Assembly: GCF_000737315.1 (NCBI RefSeq)
Contig: NZ_JMCB01000010.1
Coordinates: forward strand, 186,001 to 250,000
Source of the DNA: Hyalangium minutum
GTDB taxonomy: Bacteria; Myxococcota; Myxococcia; Myxococcales; Myxococcaceae
Length of the DNA: 64,000 nt
Direction of reading: 5' to 3'
The position numbers and the translations under genes are program-made. Under the pieces are notes generated by a model. That model saw nothing but the letters and a program-made list of their open reading frames with translations. It was not told where the DNA came from and did not search any database. Below, piece by piece: positions 37,995-46,795 of the stretch (positions within the stretch are counted from its first letter, which is position 1; the number at the start of each line of letters is the position of its first letter).

Positions 37995-39419
37995 ATGAAC
38001 TGGGGAAGACACCTGAAGGAATCCGTGCAATTTGCAGTGGCCGCTCTCCTGGCCTGCTCTTGTGGACCCATCGACGATGACAGAGCGCTCTTGACGGTTG
38101 TCACCAGCGAGTTGTCGCCCGAGCCGTTGGCGGTGCATCCCACCGTTGCTTGCAGCGGTGACACCTGCCGTGCCTTCAAGGCCGTGATTCAGCCTCAGGC
38201 TCCGCAAACGCTCGCCACCGTGGGCTATTCGACCTATCTGGGCTTCGCGGGAAATGACTGGGGCTACGCAGTCGCGGCGGACGCCTTGGGTAACGCCTAC
38301 GTTGTCGGCACCACCACCTCATTCGGGGGTGCCAAGCCCTTCGTCGCCAAGATGAGCCCCACGGGACAAGTTGTTTATTTCACCTATTTCTCTGTCGATG
38401 GGGACGCAAGAGACATCGCAGTGGATAGCTCTGGAAACACCTACGTCGTCGCGGAGATCTCGAACGGCCAAAGCATCGTGGCGAAGCTGAATCCCAGTGG
38501 TTCGGCATTCGTCTACTACAACACCGTGCCGTGGGTGCTCAATGGCGTCGCCGTGGACTCCCTGAGGAATGCCTACCTCTTGGGACAATATTCCGGCGAT
38601 AGCGCCAAGGGTGTCGACGTCATCGTCAGCAAGTTGAACTCGGGTGGCACGGCCTTTGTCTACAGTATCGCCTTCGGCGGAACGCAACACGAGACCACTC
38701 AAGACATCGCGGTGGATGGTTCAGGAAATGCGTACGTGACGGGCTGGACCGCATCGTTCAACTATCCCGTCTGGAACGCGGTTCAGTCCACCCCTCCCGG
38801 TGGCCCGAACTCTTTCATCACCAAGCTGAACGCCTCAGGCACGGGGTTGATCTACTCAACCTATCTGGGCAGCCCGGGTGGCCAGAGTTATGGCATTGGC
38901 ATCGCGGCCGATGGCGCTGGCAACACCTACGTCACGGGCATCACGGGGAGCAACTTCCCGGTGACGCCCGGCGCGGCCCAGACAGCATTCGGTGGAGCCT
39001 TCGACCGCTATGTGGCGAAACTGTATCCCTCGGGAGGGCTTGCTTACGCCACCTATCTGGGGGGGAGTGGCAACGAAGATGCCTATGGAAGCATCGCGGT
39101 GGACAGCAGCTCAGGCACGGCTTACGTGGCGGGGCATACCTCTTCCACGAACTTCCCCGTGACATCCAATGCGTTCCAGCCCACCAACTGGGGTGGACAT
39201 GACGCCTTCATCACCCAGATCAGCCCCTCGGGAAACGCGATCGGGTACTCCACTTATCTGGGCGGGAGCTATTCGGAATATGGGCGGGAGATCGCGCTGG
39301 ACTCCTCGAAGAACGTCTACGTCACAGGCGATACCAACTCGGGCAACTTTCCGACCAATGTCTACTCCTACGCCGGCGGCGCGACGGACGCCTTCATCAC
39401 GAAGTTGAACATCCCTTGA
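37995..39419 (+). CDS. SBBP (beta-propeller repeat) lipoprotein
   Basis: Lipobox LLACSC; repeated YSTYLGG...IAVDSSGN.YVTG.T.S.NFP...DAFITK units. Confidence 0.92.
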   Translation: MNWGRHLKESVQFAVAALLACSCGPIDDDRALLTVVTSELSPEPLAVHPTVACSGDTCRAFKAVIQPQAPQTLATVGYSTYLGFAGNDWGYAVAADALGNAYVVGTTTSFGGAKPFVAKMSPTGQVVYFTYFSVDGDARDIAVDSSGNTYVVAEISNGQSIVAKLNPSGSAFVYYNTVPWVLNGVAVDSLRNAYLLGQYSGDSAKGVDVIVSKLNSGGTAFVYSIAFGGTQHETTQDIAVDGSGNAYVTGWTASFNYPVWNAVQSTPPGGPNSFITKLNASGTGLIYSTYLGSPGGQSYGIGIAADGAGNTYVTGITGSNFPVTPGAAQTAFGGAFDRYVAKLYPSGGLAYATYLGGSGNEDAYGSIAVDSSSGTAYVAGHTSSTNFPVTSNAFQPTNWGGHDAFITQISPSGNAIGYSTYLGGSYSEYGREIALDSSKNVYVTGDTNSGNFPTNVYSYAGGATDAFITKLNIP

Positions 39420-39436
39420 GCGGCGGCGTACCTGCG

Positions 39437-39478
39437 AAAGAAACAGCCCCGCGTCCCTCGGTGCAGGAACGCGGGGCC
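39437..39478 (-). terminator. Terminator hairpin between convergent genes
   Basis: CCCCGCGT...ACGCGGGG stem; GTTTCTTT tract on the minus strand. Confidence 0.65.
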
Positions 39479-39497
39479 TGGGTTCAACGGCTTGGCG

Positions 39498-40226
39498 TTA
39501 GGACACCGGGGGCGCGGACGGCGGCTTCGCCAGGAGCGCCTCGGCCAGCAGTTCCAACTGGTCCTCGGGGACGCCCTTGAAGTCCATCACCGCCTTGCCC
39601 TTCTCGTTGCGCACCACCACCTTCACCCGAGTGCCCTTGCCCTGCGGGAAGCGCTGAGCCACCGCCTCGGCGTACCGCTCGGCGCGCGCCTCCACCTCTG
39701 GCGGCAGTGGCTTGCTGGAGGCCGGCTTGCGCTTGCCCCGCAGCGCCCGGCGCATCTCCTCCATGCTGCACTGCCCGAAGGGCTTGGAGGTGACATGCCC
39801 CTTCTCGTCCGGCACGTCGATGAGGGTGGGGCCCGGCTCGGCGCGGTGGGGCTCCAGGCCCGCTGCCTCCGTGTAGCCCAGCAGCAGGTACAGGCAGGTG
39901 ACGCCGAAGCGCCGCGCCACCGGCTCGCTGAACTCCGCGGCCACCGCCCCGTACATGCTCAGCACCGACTGCGACAGGTCCGCGAACTGCTGGCTGAAGT
40001 AGTCCCGCGCGTCCTTGTACCCGGCCTTCTCCGCCAGCTTCTTGTCCACGATGTGGTTGTAGATTTCGCCCATCCGGTGGTGGTCAGTGTTCTCATTCGC
40101 GTACAGCTGGCGCAGTTCGGCGCCCAGCTGTTCCAACGTGGTGCCCTCCGGGATGGCGGTGCGCTGGACGTCGGTGCTCACCGAGGTGGTACGAGCGGCT
40201 TCCTTGAACTTCAACAGGCTGAACAT
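39498..40226 (-). CDS. Conserved myxobacterial hypothetical protein
   Basis: 242-aa ORF with GGAGG RBS-like site and coding-like codon usage; HHRMGEIYNHIV, GYKDARDYF, RFGVTCLYLLL. Confidence 0.8.
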   Translation of the reverse strand: MFSLLKFKEAARTTSVSTDVQRTAIPEGTTLEQLGAELRQLYANENTDHHRMGEIYNHIVDKKLAEKAGYKDARDYFSQQFADLSQSVLSMYGAVAAEFSEPVARRFGVTCLYLLLGYTEAAGLEPHRAEPGPTLIDVPDEKGHVTSKPFGQCSMEEMRRALRGKRKPASSKPLPPEVEARAERYAEAVAQRFPQGKGTRVKVVVRNEKGKAVMDFKGVPEDQLELLAEALLAKPPSAPPVS

Positions 40227-40370
40227 GGGAGGTTTCCCCTACTGGGCACGCATGATTGCGTTCCCGGCCGCGAGCGTTTGGGACGTTGCGGTTGAGCCCC
40301 CCCATGGCAGGTTCCGTACCAATCACTGTCATCCAGTGAAAACAGGCACTTGAGCGCAGAGGCCCCCCAA

Positions 40371-40556
40371 CACAGTCCGCGATCGCGGACGATTCGTCCG
40401 CGTTGGGAGACGGCCCCCCCAAAAAGCGCTGGAATGACAAGGGCTTGCGCGAAAGGTGGCAGCTCCGGGCGCCTCGACGCATGGTGCCAACCTGTTGAAT
40501 TCACTGGAGTAGGTTTTGCCGCACACGACAGGGACCGTCCGCGATCGCGGACTGTG
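40371..40556. repeat. 21-bp inverted repeat pair, each with a 16-bp perfect palindrome
   Basis: CACAGTCCGCGATCGCGGACG (40371-40391) and its exact reverse complement (40536-40556); core GTCCGCGATCGCGGAC. Confidence 0.9.
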
Positions 40557-40559
40557 CCC

Positions 40560-40768
40560 GTCGACGGTACCCACCGGTGGGCAACAGCCGTTTCATGGTT
40601 CCGACCAGTCGGAAGCGTCGTTTCATGGTTCCGACCAGTCGGAAGCGCCGTTTCATGGTTCCGACCAGTCGGAAGCGCCGTTTCATGGTTCCGACCAGTC
40701 GGAAGCAGCCGCTTCATGGTTCCGACCAGTCGGAAGCAGCCGCTTCACGGTACCTACCGGTTGGCAGC
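40560..40768. repeat. Tandem array of 30-31-bp palindromic REP-like units
   Basis: Five near-identical units of GCCGTTTCATGGTTCCGACCAGTCGGAAGC (40587-40737) plus degenerate flanking units; each holds TTCCGAC-CA-GTCGGAA; no spacers. Confidence 0.95.
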
Positions 40769-40804
40769 GTCCACCGGGCACCTCGCCTATAACGGGAGAG
40801 CCTG

Positions 40805-41387
40805 CATCAGGTGGGGCCATGCCGGAGTTGGCGAGCTGCCGGATGAAATGGACCTGCAGCTGGGCGCGTGGCGCGCGATATTCCGCGAGCGGGGCACTGC
40901 GGCCGAGGCGGCGCCCACCCAGACCGGCCGCCGCACCCACCTTCAGTCCCCCGAACTCCCGCAGGAGCGCCTCGCTCCCGCCCAGCTGCGCGTGAAGCAA
41001 GGAAACACCGAGCAACTCCATCCGCTGGGCTCCGGCAGCATCACCGTGGGCAAGGACCCGAGCAACGAGGTGGTCATCCAGGACAAGTTCATCTCGAGCC
41101 GGCACCTGCGGGTGACACAGGGGGAGAAGGGCTTCCACGTGCAGGACTTGAACTCCACCAACGGCACGCTCCTGGACGGGGTGCGCCTGTTCGAGGCGAA
41201 GGTGCCGCTGAACACCGTGCTGCGCGTGGGCGAGACGGAGCTGGTGTCCGAGCCGGTGTCTGATGACCCGCAGTCAGCGCCCTTCGACGGGATTGTGGGC
41301 AGGGATCCGTCCATGAGGGAGCTGGTGAAGCGGCTGCAGAAGGTGGCACCCACCGACGTGCTGGTGACGGTGCTGGGCGAGTCCGGA
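40805..41387 (+). pseudogene. Fragment of FHA-domain sigma54-dependent enhancer-binding protein
   Basis: ELPDEMDLQLGAWR (tail of one FHA), full FHA (ITVGK...ISSRHL...DLNSTNGT), IVGRDPSM...VLVTVLGESG. Similarity stops inside Walker A (GESG|TGKE missing); no AAA+ core or HTH. Confidence 0.85.
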
Positions 41388-41473
41388 CGATTGAGCCAAG
41401 GGCGATCCACGTCGAATGACTCGCTCCAAAGCCATGTCGTCGTAGAGCACCTATTTCTCGCTCGGAACCGACC

Positions 41474-41541
41474 GATCGACACTGCCAACCAGTTGGTACC
41501 AGCCACCGGCCCGGATCGACACTGCCAACCAGTTGGCAGTG
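41474..41541. repeat. Two direct copies of a palindromic REP-like unit
   Basis: GATCGACACTGCCAACCAGTTGG at 41474 and 41514; the second extends to CACTGCCAAC-CA-GTTGGCAGTG (41520-41541). Confidence 0.85.
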
Positions 41542-41644
41542 AGCGCACGCCCAGATCCGCCGACAGTGATTGCTCAGAATCCATCGAGCGCCTGTTCACC
41601 ACTCGTGGCGATGACCTCCCATTGAGGCAGGCAGAGGCGGATTC

Positions 41645-43078
41645 TTACCGTGGAGGGGGCAGGCCCGCGCCTGAGGTGGACGGACGCCCCTGCTTGCCGG
41701 GATAGACGGGCACGTAGCACGCCTGCTGGTACATCTGGCCATTCACGGCCTCACACTCCCCTCGGCTCCCTTTCAGGCGCCCCCAACAGCCTCCGTTGAG
41801 CACCACCTGATGGGGGTGAGGGCAGCGGCCCTTCTTGTCGGGCTGGGCCTGTCCCTCGGAGAGCTCGGGGAGGCTCTCGGCCACCGCGCGCTCCGAGCCG
41901 GGCGAAGGGACCTGCTGTGGCAGATCCGAGGCCGCCTCCCCGAGCCCCGCAGTCTCCGTCTTGGCCGCTTCCTGCGTGGCGCTCAGGGGCACGGCGGCGG
42001 TAGCCTGGGAAGGCTCCTCGCGAACCGGCGGCGGCTCCTGCTGCACGAGGGCTCCGGCCCACAGGCCCAGGGCGCCCGCGGCCACCACGAGCCACGGCCG
42101 CCACACGGGCCCGGAGGTGGAGAGTGGAGCCTCCCGCGTTCCCCCTCGGTCTGCTTCGGGCTCGGGCACGCTCGGGGACGCGGAGTGCAGCGCATCCGCT
42201 GCCCGCTCCAGCGCGGGGACCAGCTCGGCCGCCGTGGGGCGCTGCTCAGGCAGAATCGTGAGCATGCGCAGAATCAGCTCACGCAGCGGCGGCGCCACCT
42301 GGGCGGAGAACAAGGCGCGCGGCAGCTTGAGCGCATCCAGCACCGCGCGTCCCTTCACGTCTTTCCGAGGCACACCCATCTCCGGGTACCTGCCGGTGGC
42401 GAGCACACAGGCGGTGACGCCCAGGGCGAACACATCATCCGCGGGCCGGGCCTGGTAGCGCTCGGAGGCGTTGCGCGCGTCGAGGCTGAAGAGCCAGGCC
42501 TCGGGGGAGCGGTACGCCGGAGTGCCCGGAGGCAGTTGCTGCGGAGTGAGGGTGTCGGCGCCGGGGGAGATGCTGGAGCCAAAGTCCATGAGGAACAGGC
42601 GGCTGTCCCAGCGGCGCACCAGGAGGTTGTCGCCCTTGAAGTCCCGGTGGAGCGCGTCCTGGGCATGGAGGTACTGGAGGGTGAGCGCCGCCTGGGCCAG
42701 GAGCCGCAACTGCTGCGCCGCCGAGGGGCTGTGCACGCGGCCCCACTCGTAGAGTGTCACGCCATCCACCCACTCCATGGCGATGAAGGGGTGCCGGGCG
42801 CCGGAGGGGCTCACCCAGTGGCCCGTGCCTATGAGCTGGGGAATGTGCGGGTGGAGCGAGCGGAACAGCAGGTCCTGCTCGCGCTGGTAGCGCGGGTCCT
42901 CGGCGAGCACGGCGACCTTGAGGGCCACGGGCGGCAGGTGCTCATGGCCGATGCGCACGGCGCGGTACACGGCGCCGTTGACGCCGCGGCCGGCCCAACC
43001 CACGACACGGAAGGGGCCCACGGGGGTGCCGGGAGGAAGCGCCGCAGGGTGGAGCGAGGGCTGGAAGGAGTTCGGCAT
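41645..43078 (-). CDS. Ser/Thr protein kinase (myxobacterial type) with TM and C-terminal Cys-containing region
   Basis: GRGVNGAVY, VALKVA, LHRDFKGDN, MDFG, GTPAYRSPE, DVFALG. Confidence 0.93.
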   Translation of the reverse strand: MPNSFQPSLHPAALPPGTPVGPFRVVGWAGRGVNGAVYRAVRIGHEHLPPVALKVAVLAEDPRYQREQDLLFRSLHPHIPQLIGTGHWVSPSGARHPFIAMEWVDGVTLYEWGRVHSPSAAQQLRLLAQAALTLQYLHAQDALHRDFKGDNLLVRRWDSRLFLMDFGSSISPGADTLTPQQLPPGTPAYRSPEAWLFSLDARNASERYQARPADDVFALGVTACVLATGRYPEMGVPRKDVKGRAVLDALKLPRALFSAQVAPPLRELILRMLTILPEQRPTAAELVPALERAADALHSASPSVPEPEADRGGTREAPLSTSGPVWRPWLVVAAGALGLWAGALVQQEPPPVREEPSQATAAVPLSATQEAAKTETAGLGEAASDLPQQVPSPGSERAVAESLPELSEGQAQPDKKGRCPHPHQVVLNGGCWGRLKGSRGECEAVNGQMYQQACYVPVYPGKQGRPSTSGAGLPPPR

Positions 43079-43169
43079 AGGCTCTTGGTCATCCTACCTC
43101 CAAGGTAGGTTCTCGTCACTCACCCTGCGCAGGCGTCGGCTGCTCCCGTCGGCGCGCGCCCGCCCAGCC

Positions 43170-43558
43170 TTCTCGAAGATCTTCGCGTCCAACGGCAGCT
43201 TCCTGGCCTCACGGTCCGAGGCGACGAGCTGCGCGGGCGCCTCTTCCAGGCGATTCACGCCCTGCGGGACGAGCTGACGCGGCGGGTGTTGACGTGCATG
43301 GGCTCGCCCTCCCCCATCGTCCCGTTGCTGATCGGCAACGAGAAGCTGGCGCGTACCGCCAACCGGCTGATCTTCGACCGGGGCGTGCTGGCGTTCATGG
43401 TGGAGTTCCCGGTGACGCCGACGGGTTCCTCGCGCTTCCGCTTGCAGGTGCAAGCCAACCACAAGCCGGAGGACGCCTGCGAGGCGACCCGCATCATCGA
43501 CGAGTCCATCGCCGACTCCCGGGCCTACCTGTCGAGCGCGTTCGGCAGCGGCGTCTGA
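43170..43558 (+). pseudogene. Remnant of a PLP-dependent alpha-oxoamine synthase (AONS/KBL/SPT family) C-terminus
   Basis: FSKIFASNGSF (PLP-lysine motif) in one frame, then GDELRGRL...SPSPIVPLLIG...VEFPVTPTGSSRFRLQVQANH in another. N-terminal two-thirds absent. Confidence 0.75.
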
Positions 43559-43610
43559 CGCCGCTGGGCCCGGTCGGCGGGGCGGCGTTCAACACCTTCC
43601 GTAGGGAAGA

Positions 43611-43838
43611 TCAGACCGCGAAGTTCTGGATGACGGACTTCTCCTGATCGTCCTTCATCACCGTGCCGATCAGCTGCGTCAGCTCCTGCATGCGCTGCAG
43701 CTCGAGCTGCACGGACACCAGGTTCTTCTGCTCCGGCGGGAGCTTGTCCAGGTGGGCCTTCAGCTCGTTGGTCGCATCGTTGCTGTACAGCGAGCTGAGC
43801 GCGTCGAGCGTGTCGAATTTGCTGATGTTGCGCGACAT
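43611..43838 (-). CDS. Small helical protein resembling a T3SS needle/rod subunit (SctF/SctI-like)
   Basis: 75 aa, MSRNISKFD...LDKL...VQLELQRMQELTQLIGTVMKDDQEKSVIQNFAV. The C-terminus resembles PrgI KVFKDIDAAIIQNFR. Start inferred at 43838. Confidence 0.55.
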   Translation of the reverse strand: MSRNISKFDTLDALSSLYSNDATNELKAHLDKLPPEQKNLVSVQLELQRMQELTQLIGTVMKDDQEKSVIQNFAV

Positions 43839-44088
43839 GATCGAAATCTCCGCGAGGCAGTCACCCAGCTCTGGGCACATCCGTATCCGCCCTGAGTATC
43901 GACGCACCGCTCAGGAAAGTTTCCGGGAATTCCTCCGTGCAAGAAATGACGCTCCGGGCCATGGACGAACAACCCCTGGAAGATCGGGTACTTGCCTCCG
44001 TAGAGGTGAAGTCCAGGCAACTCTTCTCAGGATCAGGCGAGAATCCCTGGGATAGCGGTTCTTTTTAAAAGATTGCAGGAGGCTCATC

Positions 44089-44481
44089 ATGGGTGTCGAT
44101 GGAGTTCGCAGTGCAGGGACGGGGACGCAGCAGGCCGCGTCTGCCACCTTCGAGGCTAAGGATCTGCTGCAGAACGGCCAGTTCAAGCTGACGCCGGAGA
44201 TGCAGGAGGCTCTTGCCCAGGCCAAGGACGTCTACGGCAAGGACATGGGCGAGAAGTACACGAAGCCCGCGGGTGAGAAGGCGGAGAAGGCCATCACCGA
44301 GTGGATCAAGGCGCACCCGAACGCCAGCGAAGAGGCGACCACCGAGGCCATCAAGAGCGCCCTCAAGGACGCCGTCATTGAGCAGCAGACGAAGAAGATC
44401 GGCGACGATCACTTCATGAACCAGATCGTCTCGAAGATCGGCGCGTCCTTCAAGTTCGAGAACGACGCCTGGGAGGACTGA
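44089..44481 (+). CDS. Hypothetical helical protein (130 aa)
   Basis: AGGAGG RBS; strongly coding-like codon usage; low-complexity N-terminus MGVDGVRSAGTGTQQ. Confidence 0.85.
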   Translation: MGVDGVRSAGTGTQQAASATFEAKDLLQNGQFKLTPEMQEALAQAKDVYGKDMGEKYTKPAGEKAEKAITEWIKAHPNASEEATTEAIKSALKDAVIEQQTKKIGDDHFMNQIVSKIGASFKFENDAWED

Positions 44482-44507
44482 GCTCCGCTCGGCGTTGAAG
44501 TCCCGGT

Positions 44508-44546
44508 CAGGCGCGGGAAGGAGGGCCCCCTCTCCTCTCGCGCCTG
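44508..44546. terminator. Hairpin between convergent genes
   Basis: CAGGCGCGGGAAGGAGGG / CTCTCCTCTCGCGCCTG long GC-rich stem. Confidence 0.55.
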
Positions 44547-44561
44547 TTCCATTTGCGGGGT

Positions 44562-46157
44562 TCAGAGCAGCAGGCGGTGGGGCGAGAAGACGTCCTCGGG
44601 CACCTCCGGGAGCGCCCGCCCTGCCGCAAGCATCTCGACGGCCGTGTACCCGGCCTCCACGCAGTAGCTGCCCCCGTACCCGTTGAAGCCCGCGGCCACC
44701 ACGAGGCTCTGGGGATCCGCCCCGCTGCGGCGGAAGAAGCCCAGCGCCGGCAGCCGGTCGGGCGTAAAGGCCATGGGCCCTGTCCACACGCGCGAGGGAG
44801 GTTGTCCCCGCGTGTCCGGGAAGCGCCGGTCCGTCCCAGCCTTCACCAGTCCCAGCACCGCCATCGAGCGCTGGAGATCCTCCGGCGGAGGCGCGGGCCG
44901 ATCCAGCCCTCCGCCCACGTGCAGCATGCCGCGCCGCACGCCCTGCGCGTCCACGTACCGCGAGGCACCAGGGAAGTTGTAATAGAGATCCCCCTTCTTC
45001 TCGGTGACCGTCATCCCTTTCAGGCGATCCTCGACGTGCTCCAGGTTGAGGATCTGGCTCTGGAAGCAGGCGATTTGCTCGAGCTCGGGGAACAGGTGCG
45101 AGGTGAACGCGTTGGTCGCGACGATCACCCGCCGGGCGCGGATATCTCCCTCCGAGGTGCAGACAATGGGATCAGGCCCCGCCCCCGTCACGATGTTGTC
45201 AACGCGCACCCGGGTGTAGAGCCCCACGCCCCGCTCCAGGGCCTTGCCCAGCACGCCACAGACGAACTTGCGCGGGTGGTAGTTGCCGCTCTTGGGCGCG
45301 CACCGGCCGCCGAAATAGGATCGCAGCCCCACCTCCGCGAAGATCTTCTCGGGGCTCCAGTACACCAGCAACTCCTCGTTCCCAACGAGCGCCACCTCCT
45401 CCCTCAGCGCGACCTCCTCCTCGGCGGTCTCCGCGACGCGCAGCCAGCCGTGGGGCGAGTAGTCACAGTCGATCCGCTCCTCGGTGACGATCCGGCGGAA
45501 GCGCTCGCTGTTGCGCAGCCCGAAGCCCACCACCAGCCTCGCCTGCCGCTCCGCCTGCTCGCGAAGTTCCGCCTCTTGCAGCCCCGGGCGCGTCACCCGC
45601 AGGAACTTGTACCGCTCCCGGACGAGCCCCTCGTAGGGCCCCAGGAAGTTCTCGGGGATCAGCTCGAAGTTGCCGCCATTCCGTCCACTGGCCTGGCTGG
45701 CCGGATCCGCCAGGTCAACCACGGCGACGCGCTGGCCCGCCTGCACCAGCGGAAGGGCGTGGTAGGCCGCCGACGCCCCCGTGAGGCCCGCTCCAATGAT
45801 GAGCAGGTCGACCTCCGTGGGCAGCTCGGGCGTGGAGCGATAGGCCGCCAGGGGGTTGGGGAGGAGCTGCCAGTACGGCGTCTCCTCTTCAGGCATCGCG
45901 ATGAGGCCGCGCATCCGGGCTCCGACGCTGGCCACCCAGCTCTGGAAGGCAGCGGCGGCCCCGGGGTCGAAGCGAGGCCGGAGCAGCCGCTCTATCTCGT
46001 AGAGCGCCTCCTGGAGCGCGGGCGTGGTGCGTCCGTGGCCATCGACCAGGCCGGTGGCGGCGGCACGGAGCTCCACGAGATCGTCGCGGCGCACCTCCCG
46101 GAGCTCCGACTTCCGGTGGGCGAGACTCAGGAGCTGCGAGCTGGCATCCAAGGTCAT
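44562..46157 (-). CDS. FAD-dependent oxidoreductase (DAO/PuuB-like) with ~85-aa N-terminal extension
   Basis: LIIGAGLTG, ASGRNGG, VIVATNAF, WTGPMAFTPDRLP, GFNGYG. Confidence 0.9.
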   Translation of the reverse strand: MTLDASSQLLSLAHRKSELREVRRDDLVELRAAATGLVDGHGRTTPALQEALYEIERLLRPRFDPGAAAAFQSWVASVGARMRGLIAMPEEETPYWQLLPNPLAAYRSTPELPTEVDLLIIGAGLTGASAAYHALPLVQAGQRVAVVDLADPASQASGRNGGNFELIPENFLGPYEGLVRERYKFLRVTRPGLQEAELREQAERQARLVVGFGLRNSERFRRIVTEERIDCDYSPHGWLRVAETAEEEVALREEVALVGNEELLVYWSPEKIFAEVGLRSYFGGRCAPKSGNYHPRKFVCGVLGKALERGVGLYTRVRVDNIVTGAGPDPIVCTSEGDIRARRVIVATNAFTSHLFPELEQIACFQSQILNLEHVEDRLKGMTVTEKKGDLYYNFPGASRYVDAQGVRRGMLHVGGGLDRPAPPPEDLQRSMAVLGLVKAGTDRRFPDTRGQPPSRVWTGPMAFTPDRLPALGFFRRSGADPQSLVVAAGFNGYGGSYCVEAGYTAVEMLAAGRALPEVPEDVFSPHRLLL

Positions 46158-46192
46158 GAGAGGCCTCCTAGCCTACCCGCAGGCCCGGGGCT

Positions 46193-46645
46193 TCAGTACG
46201 GCCGATCCACGCCTCGCCGCGAGTTCAGCCACGTGCCCTTCACATAGTCGGGGAGCTGGCTGGCGATCTTCTCGGACTCGGCCTCGGTGATCTGCGTGTG
46301 GAGCGCCGCGAAGACGCCGTGGAGCACCAACCGCATGTTCTCCGGCTCGGCGTTCAGGTGGTTGGCCACATGCAGGTAGAAGTCGTCCCGGTCGAGCTTC
46401 GTCGGCGGCGCATCACCGCGCTTCTGGCAGCGCCCCACCAGCTCGCGCACGTCTGGCGTGAGCTGCTCCATGAGCTGCTGGACGATTCCTCCTGGCAGCC
46501 GCTGGGTCAGCGCACAGAACACGGCCTCGACGGCCTGCTCGGCGGAGTAATCCGGAAGCTGCTGGGCGACATGCCTCAAGAAGGTCTCCCGATCCGTCCC
46601 AACCCCCAGACCGGACCACGACTGCGTCATCTCTTGGTCTTGCAT
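46193..46645 (-). CDS. DUF2267 family protein
   Basis: FLRHVA...AEQAVEAVFCALTQRL...EKIASQLP duplicated helical pattern. Confidence 0.8.
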   Translation of the reverse strand: MQDQEMTQSWSGLGVGTDRETFLRHVAQQLPDYSAEQAVEAVFCALTQRLPGGIVQQLMEQLTPDVRELVGRCQKRGDAPPTKLDRDDFYLHVANHLNAEPENMRLVLHGVFAALHTQITEAESEKIASQLPDYVKGTWLNSRRGVDRPY

Positions 46646-46795
46646 GTTGGCTTCTCCTGGCTTGCGCTCTCTTCACCCTGGGGGCCCCAGGCACGGACAG
46701 CAGCAGCCAGGACGCCAAGGGCCCCCGCGGCTCTTGGAGGAGCGGTACGCATCAAGCGGGCCGCATGTCTGCCTGTCCGGGCGTAGACTGGCCGG

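Noticed and set aside
40587-40768. CRISPR array
   Set aside because: The 30-bp palindromic units are contiguous with no unique spacers, and no cas genes are present.
40350-41705. 451-aa intact gene with SWFRPVGS repeats
   Set aside because: The frame reads through the 30-bp DNA repeats and then a truncated activator fragment; better explained as a repeat array plus pseudogene.
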